The translations under genes were made by a program, and so were the position numbers. Source: Candidatus Harpocratesius repetitus (lineage in GTDB: Archaea > Asgardarchaeota > Lokiarchaeia > Sigyniarchaeales > Promethearchaeaceae). Taken from it: a stretch of DNA of 32,000 bases. Location: assembly GCA_021498095.1 (NCBI GenBank), contig JAIZWK010000001.1:3540001-3572000 (forward strand), given 5' to 3'. A model generated the notes under the pieces. The model was not told the DNA's origin, searched no databases, and was given only the letters and a program-made list of their open reading frames with translations. Positions within the stretch are counted from its first letter, which is position 1; the number at the start of each line of letters is the position of its first letter. Below are positions 7,879-17,161 of the stretch, piece by piece.

Positions 7879-8904
7879 ATGAACCTACTCATCACTGGCG
7901 GACTTGGATTCATCGGTAGTAATTTCATCCGCCTTCTTCTGGAAAAATACCCAAAATTTGAAATTTGGAATCTTGATGCAATGACATATGCTGGAAATCC
8001 TGAAAATTTGCATGATTATGTCAATCACTCACGTTATCATTTTGTTAAAGGTTCTATCTGCAACTATGAACTTGTAGATTACCTGTTGTCAGAATACAAT
8101 ATTGAAGCCATCATAAATTTTGCAGCTGAATCTCATGTCGATCGCTCGATTTCCAATCCTGATGTTTTTGTAGATACTAACGTGAAAGGAACCCTCACTT
8201 TACTTAACGCTTTTAAAAAATACCGCCACCAAGTACAGAAATATGTGCAAATCTCCACCGATGAGGTCTACGGCCATCTTGGATTCAATGATCCTGCTTT
8301 TACCGAAAAAACACCAATTCATCCCCGCAGCCCTTATTCTTCCAGCAAAGCTTCTGCTGATATGCTTGTACAAGCCTTTTTCCACACGTATCAACTACCT
8401 GTAGTGATAACTCGCTGTTCTAATAATTATGGACCTTACCAGTTCCCAGAAAAACTCATTCCGTTGATGATACGTAATATTCAAGCAGATAAACCGCTAC
8501 CAGTATACGGAGATGGCTCGAATGTGCGTGATTGGATTCATGTTACGGATCATTGTCGTGGAATCTTATCTGCATTAGAAAAAGGTACACCGGGAGAAGT
8601 ATATAATTTCGGTGGCGATGCGGAAGTTTCCAATCTAAATATGGTTAAATATCTACTTAAGGCTCTTGGAAAAGGGGAAGATCTGATCACTTTTGTACGA
8701 GATAGGCCCGGACATGATCTTCGTTATGCGATGAATTTCGAAAAAGCAACCAAAGAGTTGGGATGGCGCCCACAATATGATTTTGATACAGGAATGCAGG
8801 AAACGATAAAATGGTATCTCGAACATGATGAATGGGTAGAGCATTGTATCACTGGAGAATATTTAGAATATTACTCCAAACAGTATGGAACTAAGTTAAC
8901 CTAA
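7879..8904 (+). CDS. rmlB: dTDP-glucose 4,6-dehydratase
   Basis: TGGLGFIGSNF, DAMTYAGN, NFAAESHVDRSI, STDEVYG, YSSSK, RCSNNYGPYQFPEKLIP, RDWIHV, DRPGHDLRYA. ATG 7879 preferred over GTG 7867. Confidence 0.95.
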   Translation: MNLLITGGLGFIGSNFIRLLLEKYPKFEIWNLDAMTYAGNPENLHDYVNHSRYHFVKGSICNYELVDYLLSEYNIEAIINFAAESHVDRSISNPDVFVDTNVKGTLTLLNAFKKYRHQVQKYVQISTDEVYGHLGFNDPAFTEKTPIHPRSPYSSSKASADMLVQAFFHTYQLPVVITRCSNNYGPYQFPEKLIPLMIRNIQADKPLPVYGDGSNVRDWIHVTDHCRGILSALEKGTPGEVYNFGGDAEVSNLNMVKYLLKALGKGEDLITFVRDRPGHDLRYAMNFEKATKELGWRPQYDFDTGMQETIKWYLEHDEWVEHCITGEYLEYYSKQYGTKLT

Positions 8905-8954
8905 ATTAAAGAGTAAACTATGAATGGATTATTTAAAGGAAGAGAGAATAGAAA

Positions 8955-9863
8955 GTGAAAGTATTAGTAATAGGTGCAAATGGCTTTCTTGGTCGTAAAG
9001 TAATTAAAGAGTTTCAAAAAACAGAGAATGTTATTGGAGCAGATGTTGAATTTACAGGTTTTTCATTGAAATGTCCAAAAATTCATCTGGATATTACTAA
9101 TGAAGTAGAAGTTTCTCAAATCATATTAGAACTGAAGCCTGATTTGACAATTTTGACAGCAGCTATGACAAATGTTGATGCTTGCGAAGATTTTCCAGAT
9201 AAAGCATATGCGATTAATGCTCTTGGTCCCAAATACGTGGCAAAAGCAGTTAAGCAAATAGGGGGAAAAATAATTCATATTTCGACAGATTTTATTTTTG
9301 ATGGAAAATTAGGGAATTACTCAGAAACAGATGTACCAAATCCTCTTTCAGTCTATGGAAAAAGCAAACTTCAAGGAGAACAATTTATTTTAGAAAGCGG
9401 AGTTCTTTCATGTATTTGCAGAACCAGTGTGCTTTATGGTTGGCCTGATATTGGTCAAAGAGACAATTTTTTCTCTTGGGCATTTAAATCATTAGTCTCA
9501 GGAAAAATCATTTCAATTATTGATGGTCAAATTACCACTCCAACATTTGTAAATGATTTAGCCAATTGCTTATATTGGATGCGGAATTTTGAAACTTCAA
9601 AGATATACCATACTGCAGGACCAGAAAAGTTGACCCGTTATGAATTTGTCCAACAAATATTGAATAAAATGCTGCAAAATCGTTCTCTTTTTCCTAATCT
9701 TGGAAAAATTGAGAAAATTACGAAATTAAAACAGAAAGCATTACGCCCCGATAATTCTTCCTTGAATACTGACAAAATTCAACAAGATTGGGGGAAAAAC
9801 TTTAAGAATTTATCAAATGCTTTAAATTTTTTGGATATTGAAAAGTTGAAAAATAAAATTTAA
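8955..9863 (+). CDS. rmlD: dTDP-4-dehydrorhamnose reductase-like SDR
   Basis: GANGFLG, AAMTNVDACE, HISTDFIFDG, PLSVYGKSKLQGE, RTSVLYG, TPTFVNDLA, RPDNSSL; between rmlB and rmlA. Confidence 0.88.
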   Translation: MKVLVIGANGFLGRKVIKEFQKTENVIGADVEFTGFSLKCPKIHLDITNEVEVSQIILELKPDLTILTAAMTNVDACEDFPDKAYAINALGPKYVAKAVKQIGGKIIHISTDFIFDGKLGNYSETDVPNPLSVYGKSKLQGEQFILESGVLSCICRTSVLYGWPDIGQRDNFFSWAFKSLVSGKIISIIDGQITTPTFVNDLANCLYWMRNFETSKIYHTAGPEKLTRYEFVQQILNKMLQNRSLFPNLGKIEKITKLKQKALRPDNSSLNTDKIQQDWGKNFKNLSNALNFLDIEKLKNKI

Positions 9864-9909
9864 AAATTATTCAAAAAATATTCTTAAATTATTAAGGAGA
9901 TAATTATTT

Positions 9910-10773
9910 ATGAAAGGAATTATATTAGCCGGTGGAAAGGGCACACGCCTTTATCCAATTACCCAAGTCGTAAGCAAACAACTTCTTCCAATTTATGATA
10001 AACCCATGATCTATTATCCTTTATCAGTGTTGATGCTTGCAAATATTCGAGAAATTTTAATAATTTCTGATCCCCGCAACTTACCCTTTTATCAAGAATT
10101 GCTTGGGGATGGTTCTCAAATTGGGCTTCAACTATCTTATAAGGTGCAAACTGAACCTCGAGGTTTGGCAGATGCATTTATTGTGGGCGAAGAATTTATA
10201 GCAGGGGATAAAGTAGCACTAATTTTGGGAGATAATGTATTTTATGGGCGAGGATTCAGCCACATTCTTGCTAAAGCCCGTAATCTGGAAAAAGGTGCAA
10301 CAATATTTGGATATTATGTTAACAATCCAGAAGAATTCGGTGTAGTAGAATTTGATGAAAATTTCAATGTTGTTTCACTCGAGGAAAAACCCAAGCAACC
10401 GAAATCGAATTATGCAATCCCAGGTCTTTATTTCTATGATGAACATGTTGTAGAATTTGCCAAATCGTTGAAACCGTCAGCAAGAGGTGAAATTGAAATC
10501 ACTGATCTTAATATAATCTACTTAAAGCGTAAGGAATTAAAGGTGCAATTATTGGGGCGTGGATTTGCTTGGCTTGATACAGGATCATATGAAGGATTAG
10601 CTAATGCTACAGATTTTGTTCGAACGATTCAAAAGCGAACAGGATTGTATATTTCATGTATTGAAGAAATTGCTTTCTTAAGAAAATTTATGAATAAAGA
10701 TATGTTAAAAGAAAGAGCTGAAAAATATAAAAAAACAGAATATGGAAAATATTTACTAAAATTGATAAAATAA
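9910..10773 (+). CDS. rmlA: Glucose-1-phosphate thymidylyltransferase
   Basis: [56 protein letters not shown]; SD-like AAGGAG at 9894-9899. Confidence 0.96.
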   Translation: MKGIILAGGKGTRLYPITQVVSKQLLPIYDKPMIYYPLSVLMLANIREILIISDPRNLPFYQELLGDGSQIGLQLSYKVQTEPRGLADAFIVGEEFIAGDKVALILGDNVFYGRGFSHILAKARNLEKGATIFGYYVNNPEEFGVVEFDENFNVVSLEEKPKQPKSNYAIPGLYFYDEHVVEFAKSLKPSARGEIEITDLNIIYLKRKELKVQLLGRGFAWLDTGSYEGLANATDFVRTIQKRTGLYISCIEEIAFLRKFMNKDMLKERAEKYKKTEYGKYLLKLIK

Positions 10774-10818
10774 CTATTAGCTAATTGCAAGTAAATTAGG
10801 AAAAAGAATTTAGTTAGC

Positions 10819-10853
10819 TTTTTTCAATTCTACATTTTTGATTTTTTTTCTTT
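10819..10853 (+). terminator. Candidate oligo-T terminator after rmlA
   Basis: T6, T5 and T8 runs 45-80 nt after the stop codon. Confidence 0.3.
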
Positions 10854-10906
10854 ACTAATTTGATATACTTTTTACAATATTTTTAATTAGTTTAATTAAG
10901 AGAATA

Positions 10907-12019
10907 ATGAAAATATGTTTTTTTGGTGAATTGAACCCACAATATTCCAGATATGCTAATTTAATTCGTGGATTGAGAATTTTAGGTCATCAAATCATTA
11001 TCTGTAGATATAATTTTCAAAGCCAAATTACAAATCCATTTAAATTCTTTATCGAAACAATTAAAGAATATGTCTTTTTGTTAAGTGTATTAATTAAAAT
11101 TAAATTTAATTATCTTATTGTAGGTTATCCTATACTCAAACCTGTCTGGCTTACTTATTTTTTAAATAAAAAGAAAATAATATTAGATCCATTCATTTCT
11201 AATTATAATACCATAATTTTCGACCACAAATTGTTTAAACCTCAATCCATTATCGCAAAACTTCTTTATATATATGAAAGAAAAGCATTATCTCGATGTA
11301 AATATATCCTATCGGACACAAAAGCTCATGCAGTCTTTTTTTCAAAATTTTTTAGAATTCCAATTGATAAATTTAAGGTAATTCCAGTTGGGTCAAATAA
11401 TCAAATATATTTTCCTAATCCATCCAAAAATACAAAAAAAGAAGGCAAATTTATTGTGGGTTTTTATGGAAAATTCATTCCATTACAAGGAATTGAAACC
11501 ATCGTTCAAGCTGCTGAAAAATTAAGAGATTATGAAAATATATCTTTTGAAATTATAGGAGGATTACAAGGAAACAAAATTCTAGCTTCAATAAAAACAT
11601 ACATCCAAGAAAAAAAGCTTACGAATGTTCATCTTATTCCAAGGGTTTCTGAAGAAGAACTACGAAATTATATTCAACACTCAACTATTCAATTGGGAAT
11701 CTTCGGAAATTCTTTAAAAGCACAAATTGTTATTCCCAACAAAGTCTATTCTGCTCTTGCGATGGCAAAGGCAGTGATTACTAGTAAAACTTATGCAACT
11801 AGTGAATTCTTTCAAGATAATATTGATATAATATTATGCAATCGACATGATCCGAGTGATTTGGCTAAAAAAATAGAATATCTTTTCTTAAATCAAGATA
11901 AAGTTGAAATTATTGGGAAAAATGCTTATAAAAAATACTTAGAATTATTCACTCCTGTGAAAATAGGGTTAACATTTGAAAGAGAAGTCCTTTTTGATTT
12001 AACTAATAAATCAGAATAA
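10907..12019 (+). CDS. GT4-family (GT-B) glycosyltransferase
   Basis: VGFYGKFIPLQGIETIVQAA and QLGIFG...VIPNKVYSALAMAKAVITS, a recognisable GT4 subfamily variant of the EX7E region. Confidence 0.85.
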   Translation: MKICFFGELNPQYSRYANLIRGLRILGHQIIICRYNFQSQITNPFKFFIETIKEYVFLLSVLIKIKFNYLIVGYPILKPVWLTYFLNKKKIILDPFISNYNTIIFDHKLFKPQSIIAKLLYIYERKALSRCKYILSDTKAHAVFFSKFFRIPIDKFKVIPVGSNNQIYFPNPSKNTKKEGKFIVGFYGKFIPLQGIETIVQAAEKLRDYENISFEIIGGLQGNKILASIKTYIQEKKLTNVHLIPRVSEEELRNYIQHSTIQLGIFGNSLKAQIVIPNKVYSALAMAKAVITSKTYATSEFFQDNIDIILCNRHDPSDLAKKIEYLFLNQDKVEIIGKNAYKKYLELFTPVKIGLTFEREVLFDLTNKSE

Positions 12020-12048
12020 TGAAGCCAATGAAGCAAAAAAATGATTTT

Positions 12049-13605
12049 TTAAGAAACTTTTTCAAATTCAGAAATCATACTCAATTTGTAATTCTTAATC
12101 GTTATTAAATCTTTAAAAATTCGATAATCTCGTATTGTGATTTGCTTGAAAAAAATAAGTAAAACTGCATATAAAATCAAAATAACAAGCGTTGTAATGA
12201 TAATTGAAATAGTATTTTCGACAATTATCCAATTAAGCTGGAAAACAAAAAGACGATAAATACCAATAACGAATATTCCTAAAAGAAATATAAGAGGAAT
12301 ATTGTAATTCATTGGTATTTTAAATATTTTGTAACAAAAATATCGATAGGCAAAATAATCAATAATATTAATTAAAATTTGAAGATAACATACACCAATT
12401 GCACTAAATCCTAAAAGAGAGATTGACCCGATATTTTCAGGAATAAATATAAAAAGAAATAGAAAATAAACAATCCGGGTTATTGAATAATATTTTGCCA
12501 TTAATTTTTGTTGTCGCCCTGCATAAAGCAATTTAATATAAGGACGATTAATTCCACTTAAAAGGGGTAAAAAGCTTAAAATATAGAGATATTTAAGACC
12601 TGGAAGATATTGCGGTAAAAATAATTCCATTAACAGTCGTCCACTAATATTTACTACAATTATTACTAGTAAGTAGAAAATTGCAGTATATTTTTCCATA
12701 ATAAAAGAAAAATCTTGAATATCTGCAATTCTATCGTGTTTTAACCATTTTGAATAATAAGCTTGAAAAATAACAGCTAACGATAATGTAATAGATGTAA
12801 TAATAACTATAATGTATGAATTTATTGCAAAGAAATAACCAAATTCTACAGTTGATTTTGAAAGGCTGATAATAAAATTTCCAAGATTATCAGTTAAGAA
12901 AATAATAAAAGTGGAAAATATAAGTGGAACTGTAGCTTTAATTAATATTTTAATTTTCTCTTTTTCAAGCTTGGAAAAACTCAATTCAGATTTTGAGATT
13001 ACTATTGAACTAATAAATTTCAATAAATAAAAAAATAATGAACTTAGCCCTAAAATTAATAATGGATTGGAAAAGCGAGCTGCTGATAATGCAATGATTA
13101 GTCTTGTAATAGATAAAGCCAAACTGGAGATAAATTCAATAATTTCTCCTTTGATGATTTTTAAATTTGCTCGTAAATTTAAGCAAAAAGTATCTGCAAT
13201 CCTTAAAAATATCGTAGCTGCAATCATAATAAAAAAATAAACGTTATCAGGTGAACCAAAGAAAATAACATAGAATATTAATGGAATGAAATTTAAAATT
13301 AAAAGCCCTAGTTTTATTGCTAAATAATTGGAAAAATAATCCTTAAAATCTGGTTCATTATTATATTGTATATAAACAATATCAATTCCAATAAAATAAA
13401 TTGCAGAAAATAAATTAATCGCACTTGCAACTGTGCCTTGAATACCGATATATTCAACCGCCAAGTTTTTCAATAAAAAATAATATGAAAGAGCTGAGAC
13501 TATTTGTATAATTCCTTGAATGATTATCCGTGTGGCGATTTTTTCTTTCATATAATTACATAAAAAAAGCATGACAAGATTTATTTTTTTTTGGATTTCC
13601 TTCAA
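12049..13605 (-). CDS. Wzx/MOP-family oligosaccharide flippase
   Basis: About 12-14 hydrophobic helices, LAVEYIG near the N-terminus, mid-protein STVEFGYF loop, LFLPQY...LYIL segment; glycan-cluster context. True start may be ATG 13551. Confidence 0.75.
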   Translation of the reverse strand: MKEIQKKINLVMLFLCNYMKEKIATRIIIQGIIQIVSALSYYFLLKNLAVEYIGIQGTVASAINLFSAIYFIGIDIVYIQYNNEPDFKDYFSNYLAIKLGLLILNFIPLIFYVIFFGSPDNVYFFIMIAATIFLRIADTFCLNLRANLKIIKGEIIEFISSLALSITRLIIALSAARFSNPLLILGLSSLFFYLLKFISSIVISKSELSFSKLEKEKIKILIKATVPLIFSTFIIFLTDNLGNFIISLSKSTVEFGYFFAINSYIIVIITSITLSLAVIFQAYYSKWLKHDRIADIQDFSFIMEKYTAIFYLLVIIVVNISGRLLMELFLPQYLPGLKYLYILSFLPLLSGINRPYIKLLYAGRQQKLMAKYYSITRIVYFLFLFIFIPENIGSISLLGFSAIGVCYLQILINIIDYFAYRYFCYKIFKIPMNYNIPLIFLLGIFVIGIYRLFVFQLNWIIVENTISIIITTLVILILYAVLLIFFKQITIRDYRIFKDLITIKNYKLSMISEFEKVS

Positions 13606-13681
13606 ATAGATTACATTTGAGATTAATATTAAACGATAATATTGAAATACGGTCCTAATAAAGAGAATTTATAATTTAATA

Positions 13682-14713
13682 TTGATTTATGTTAATATGT
13701 CTTCAAAAACTACCGATTCTTTGATAAGCGTTATCATTACAACCTTCAATCGAGCATCAGTAGTTGGAAAGGCAATTAAAAGTGTTCTACTCCAGACTTA
13801 TCAAAATATTGAACTTTTAATTATTGATGATGGATCAGATGATAATACTAATGAAGTAATAAAAGAATGGATGAAAAAAAGCAATAAAATCCAGTTTTTT
13901 CGATTATCTACAAATTTAGGTGCAAATGCTGCGCGGAATAAAGGTATTCAACTTGCCAATGGAAAATATATTGCATTTTTAGATTCAGATGATGAATGGC
14001 TTCCGAGAAAACTTGAAAAGCAAATTGAACTTTTTAAAAAAAAAAAATCACAAAAATTAGGTATGGTTTATTGTGGATTAATGAAAAAATATCCAAATGG
14101 AATTATTTCTTTTAAAATTGAGAAGAAATCAGGAAATGTTTTTCAAAAATTACTGGTGTCGAATTTCATTGGAGGTGCAAGCATTCCCTTGATAAAGAAG
14201 AATGTTTTTGAAGTATGTGGAGGGTTCGATGAATCGAGAATTTTTCAGAGAGGAGGTTCACAAGATTATGATATGTGGCTCAGAATTGCATCAAAATTTT
14301 CAATTGGTGTGGTTCCAGAAATATTAGTATATTATAATATAAGTAAAAATTCTATAAGTTTAAATTCAGAATTATCTAATCCTTTTAATAGAGTAAGAGC
14401 ACGATTGGTAATTCTAAAAAAATTTCGTTCATATTTTGATCAGCATCATGAAGCATGTACTTCACTTCTCATTGCAATTTCTCCTGGCATGATTAGAATA
14501 GGAAAAAGAAAATTAGCAAAATATTATCTAAAATCAGCATTAAATTTTACTCCTTTCAGTGGTGCATTATATTTTCATCTCTTTTTGATAAGTTTCATTA
14601 AATATGATAAATTGCTTCTATTATTATGGAATTTTCCTTTAAAAGCAAAGAATCTTTTGCTAAATCTTCCAAATTATTTTATTTACCTAATGAATTTAAA
14701 TTCAGATAAATGA
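13682..14713 (+). CDS. GT2-family (GT-A) glycosyltransferase
   Basis: ISVIITTFNR, IIDDGSDD, GANAARNKG, FLDSDDEW, QDYDMWLRI. True start may be ATG 13697. Contains an A12 run at 14036-14047. Confidence 0.9.
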   Translation: MIYVNMSSKTTDSLISVIITTFNRASVVGKAIKSVLLQTYQNIELLIIDDGSDDNTNEVIKEWMKKSNKIQFFRLSTNLGANAARNKGIQLANGKYIAFLDSDDEWLPRKLEKQIELFKKKKSQKLGMVYCGLMKKYPNGIISFKIEKKSGNVFQKLLVSNFIGGASIPLIKKNVFEVCGGFDESRIFQRGGSQDYDMWLRIASKFSIGVVPEILVYYNISKNSISLNSELSNPFNRVRARLVILKKFRSYFDQHHEACTSLLIAISPGMIRIGKRKLAKYYLKSALNFTPFSGALYFHLFLISFIKYDKLLLLLWNFPLKAKNLLLNLPNYFIYLMNLNSDK

Positions 14714-14725
14714 GATGAAAAAAAA

Positions 14726-15949
14726 TTGAGTAAAAATACGATTCTTCGCTTAACTACTCGCTTATATCCCGATCCAAATGCAGGAGGTCCTGCTAAATAT
14801 GCTTTTGATTTATCCTATCATGTTAATAATCCCAATTTTTATTTAATCAATTTGGCATCAAATCCTTATCAAAATAAGGCGAATAACCAAAAAATTTCTC
14901 CAAATTTCGAAATTCAGCGATTAGCTGTCAAGGGATTGGATATGTATTCCAATTCAAAATGGAAACAAATTTGGTTTACGATTAAATTCAGTATTTATTC
15001 ATTAATTAATATTCTACAAATACATCGAAAAAGGCATATTTCCTTGATTCATGCAGATACACCTGCAATAACTGGATTAATTTGCTTATTTTTTCGATTA
15101 TTATTCAAAATTCCTTATGTCTATACATATCATGGAGTTGATTTTAAATTCCAGCTAGAAATTTTTCTGTATAAGATAATTAATTCCAAAGCATCAAAAA
15201 TTATTATTGTTTCACGCAGAATTCAAGACTATTTCTCCTATTTAGGATGGAATTTTGAAAAAAAGACAGTTTATATTCCATTAGGAATACAGATTCCAAA
15301 AATACCGAATCATTATTCCACATTAGAGCAAAAATTAGCGCTTTTATCAGAATTGAACCTAGATTCTATGATTAATATTCAAGATAATATAATTATTTAT
15401 GTAGGAAGAATGATTTTTGAGCAAAAGGTTCAAGGAATGATTGATTTTCTTCATGCTTTTGAGAATTTTCTTTTGGAACACTCTAAAAATGAATTTGGCA
15501 ATTATAAATTGCTTTTTATTGGTGATGGTAAATTTCGTTATAAATTAGATGAAGCATATCATAAATCTCCTATCAAATCTAATGTTTTATTACTTGGATT
15601 TCAATCAAATTTGAAAAATTACTATGCTTTAGCAGATCTTAGTGTATTAGTGTCTTATGTGGAAGGATTTCCAACGGTAATATTAGAATCTCTGGTTGCT
15701 GGAGTGCCATGTCTTTGTTCTTCTGCAGGTGAAATGAAAAAGATGGTAGGAAATGCAGGATTTATAGTCAATCCTGGAGATATTGATGAAATGGTAAGAT
15801 ATTTACACTATTTTTTTAGTACAAAAGGTAAGAGAAGAATATTAGCGATGTACGCTTTTAATCAAGTAAGGAATCAATTTGATTGGAATTCTATAGCTTT
15901 AAAATATCGAAAACTCTATCTGGAAAGTATTTATCATGAAAAAATTTGA
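14726..15949 (+). CDS. GT4-family glycosyltransferase
   Basis: YPDPNAGGPAKY, IIYVGR, LLFIGDGK, SYVEGFPTVILESLVAGVP (EX7E), FDWNSIA. TTG start; an out-of-frame ATG at 14715 precedes an A8 run. Confidence 0.9.
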   Translation: MSKNTILRLTTRLYPDPNAGGPAKYAFDLSYHVNNPNFYLINLASNPYQNKANNQKISPNFEIQRLAVKGLDMYSNSKWKQIWFTIKFSIYSLINILQIHRKRHISLIHADTPAITGLICLFFRLLFKIPYVYTYHGVDFKFQLEIFLYKIINSKASKIIIVSRRIQDYFSYLGWNFEKKTVYIPLGIQIPKIPNHYSTLEQKLALLSELNLDSMINIQDNIIIYVGRMIFEQKVQGMIDFLHAFENFLLEHSKNEFGNYKLLFIGDGKFRYKLDEAYHKSPIKSNVLLLGFQSNLKNYYALADLSVLVSYVEGFPTVILESLVAGVPCLCSSAGEMKKMVGNAGFIVNPGDIDEMVRYLHYFFSTKGKRRILAMYAFNQVRNQFDWNSIALKYRKLYLESIYHEKI

Positions 15950-17141
15950 AAAAAAGTTATCTTCCAAGAATTTGATGATAGTAAGTCAAATTCGAGTATC
16001 AGATTTAGAAAAGATCCCAGGAAAAGCATTTCAAGAAGCTAAATCTTGGTCAAAAATATTCAATTTAGTAGTATTCGTATGTTTTTCTGAAGAAGATGTG
16101 TCTATGCAAAAACGAATCTCTGCAAATTTATTCGCTTTTTCTGTTCCCTTCTCACTATCAAATTCAATTGCAAAAACTATATCTGATTTAGCGATTAATT
16201 ACATTAGATTAATTCGTCTACAACTAAAAATTATAAAAAAGTATAATATCCATTTGATTCGCGAAGAAAATCTTATTCTTGCAGGGATTCCTACATTTAT
16301 TAGTTCGAAATTGACAAAAATTCCATATATGACATGGCTGGGAGGTTTTGAACGAAATGCATTCGAAATTTTATATGAATCTTCTAAAATGAAAAAAATA
16401 GTTTCATTAATTATTTCTTTATTGGAATTTGTAATTTGTAGAAATTCTGCAATAGTATTCACTGTTTCTGCTGAAATGATTGAAATTCTAAAGAAATATA
16501 ATTTACCTAACGTATATTTTAGCCCGAATTTTGTTGATTTCTCAATATTTATAGAAAAAGATTATAAGAAAAGAGAGATTCAAGACAAATTTATTATACT
16601 TTATTCGGGAAGATTTGAAAAAGAAAAAGGTATTGATGTTTTATTGAAGGCAATTAAGTATCTACATGAAAATAGGGATAGATCTAATTTTGAACTTCAG
16701 ATGATTGGTTATGGAAAAATGGAAGAATGGATAAAGCAATTCATAAGATTGCATAATTTAGCGGATTATGTCAAGTTATTAGGGAAATTTCCTTTATCAG
16801 AATTACCTAATTACTATCAAAACGCAGATATCTTCGTTATCCCTTCATATACGGAAGGATTACCCGCTGCTCTATTAGAAGCCATGTGCTCCGGCTGTGC
16901 TTGTGTATGTACAAATGTTGGAGTTATTTCAAATTATATTAAATCATATGAAAATGGAATTATTATCCCTGCTAATGAGCCGGTAGAATTAATGAAAGCA
17001 TTTGAATACCTTATTGACCATCCACAAAAAATACCTGAATTTGGGAAAAAAGCACATCATTTTATAGAAAATGTATCTCAAGATTATCTAAATATTCATC
17101 AATTCCTTTATTTAAATGTACTAAATAGAAAAACTTCTTGA
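15936..17141 (+). CDS. GT4-family glycosyltransferase
   Basis: ILYSGRFEKEKGIDVL, IGYGK, ADIFVIPSYTEGLPAALLEAM (EX7E), NGIII; overlaps the upstream gene by 14 bp. Confidence 0.9.
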   Translation: MKKFEKKLSSKNLMIVSQIRVSDLEKIPGKAFQEAKSWSKIFNLVVFVCFSEEDVSMQKRISANLFAFSVPFSLSNSIAKTISDLAINYIRLIRLQLKIIKKYNIHLIREENLILAGIPTFISSKLTKIPYMTWLGGFERNAFEILYESSKMKKIVSLIISLLEFVICRNSAIVFTVSAEMIEILKKYNLPNVYFSPNFVDFSIFIEKDYKKREIQDKFIILYSGRFEKEKGIDVLLKAIKYLHENRDRSNFELQMIGYGKMEEWIKQFIRLHNLADYVKLLGKFPLSELPNYYQNADIFVIPSYTEGLPAALLEAMCSGCACVCTNVGVISNYIKSYENGIIIPANEPVELMKAFEYLIDHPQKIPEFGKKAHHFIENVSQDYLNIHQFLYLNVLNRKTS

Positions 17142-17161
17142 AAAAAGATAGATGTGATATT

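Noticed and set aside
8200-10177. ORFs 8200..8394, 8653..8844 and 9959..10177
   Set aside because: Antisense shadows of rmlB and rmlA.
16199-16462. Antisense ORF inside a GT4
   Set aside because: Mirror frame of the real gene.
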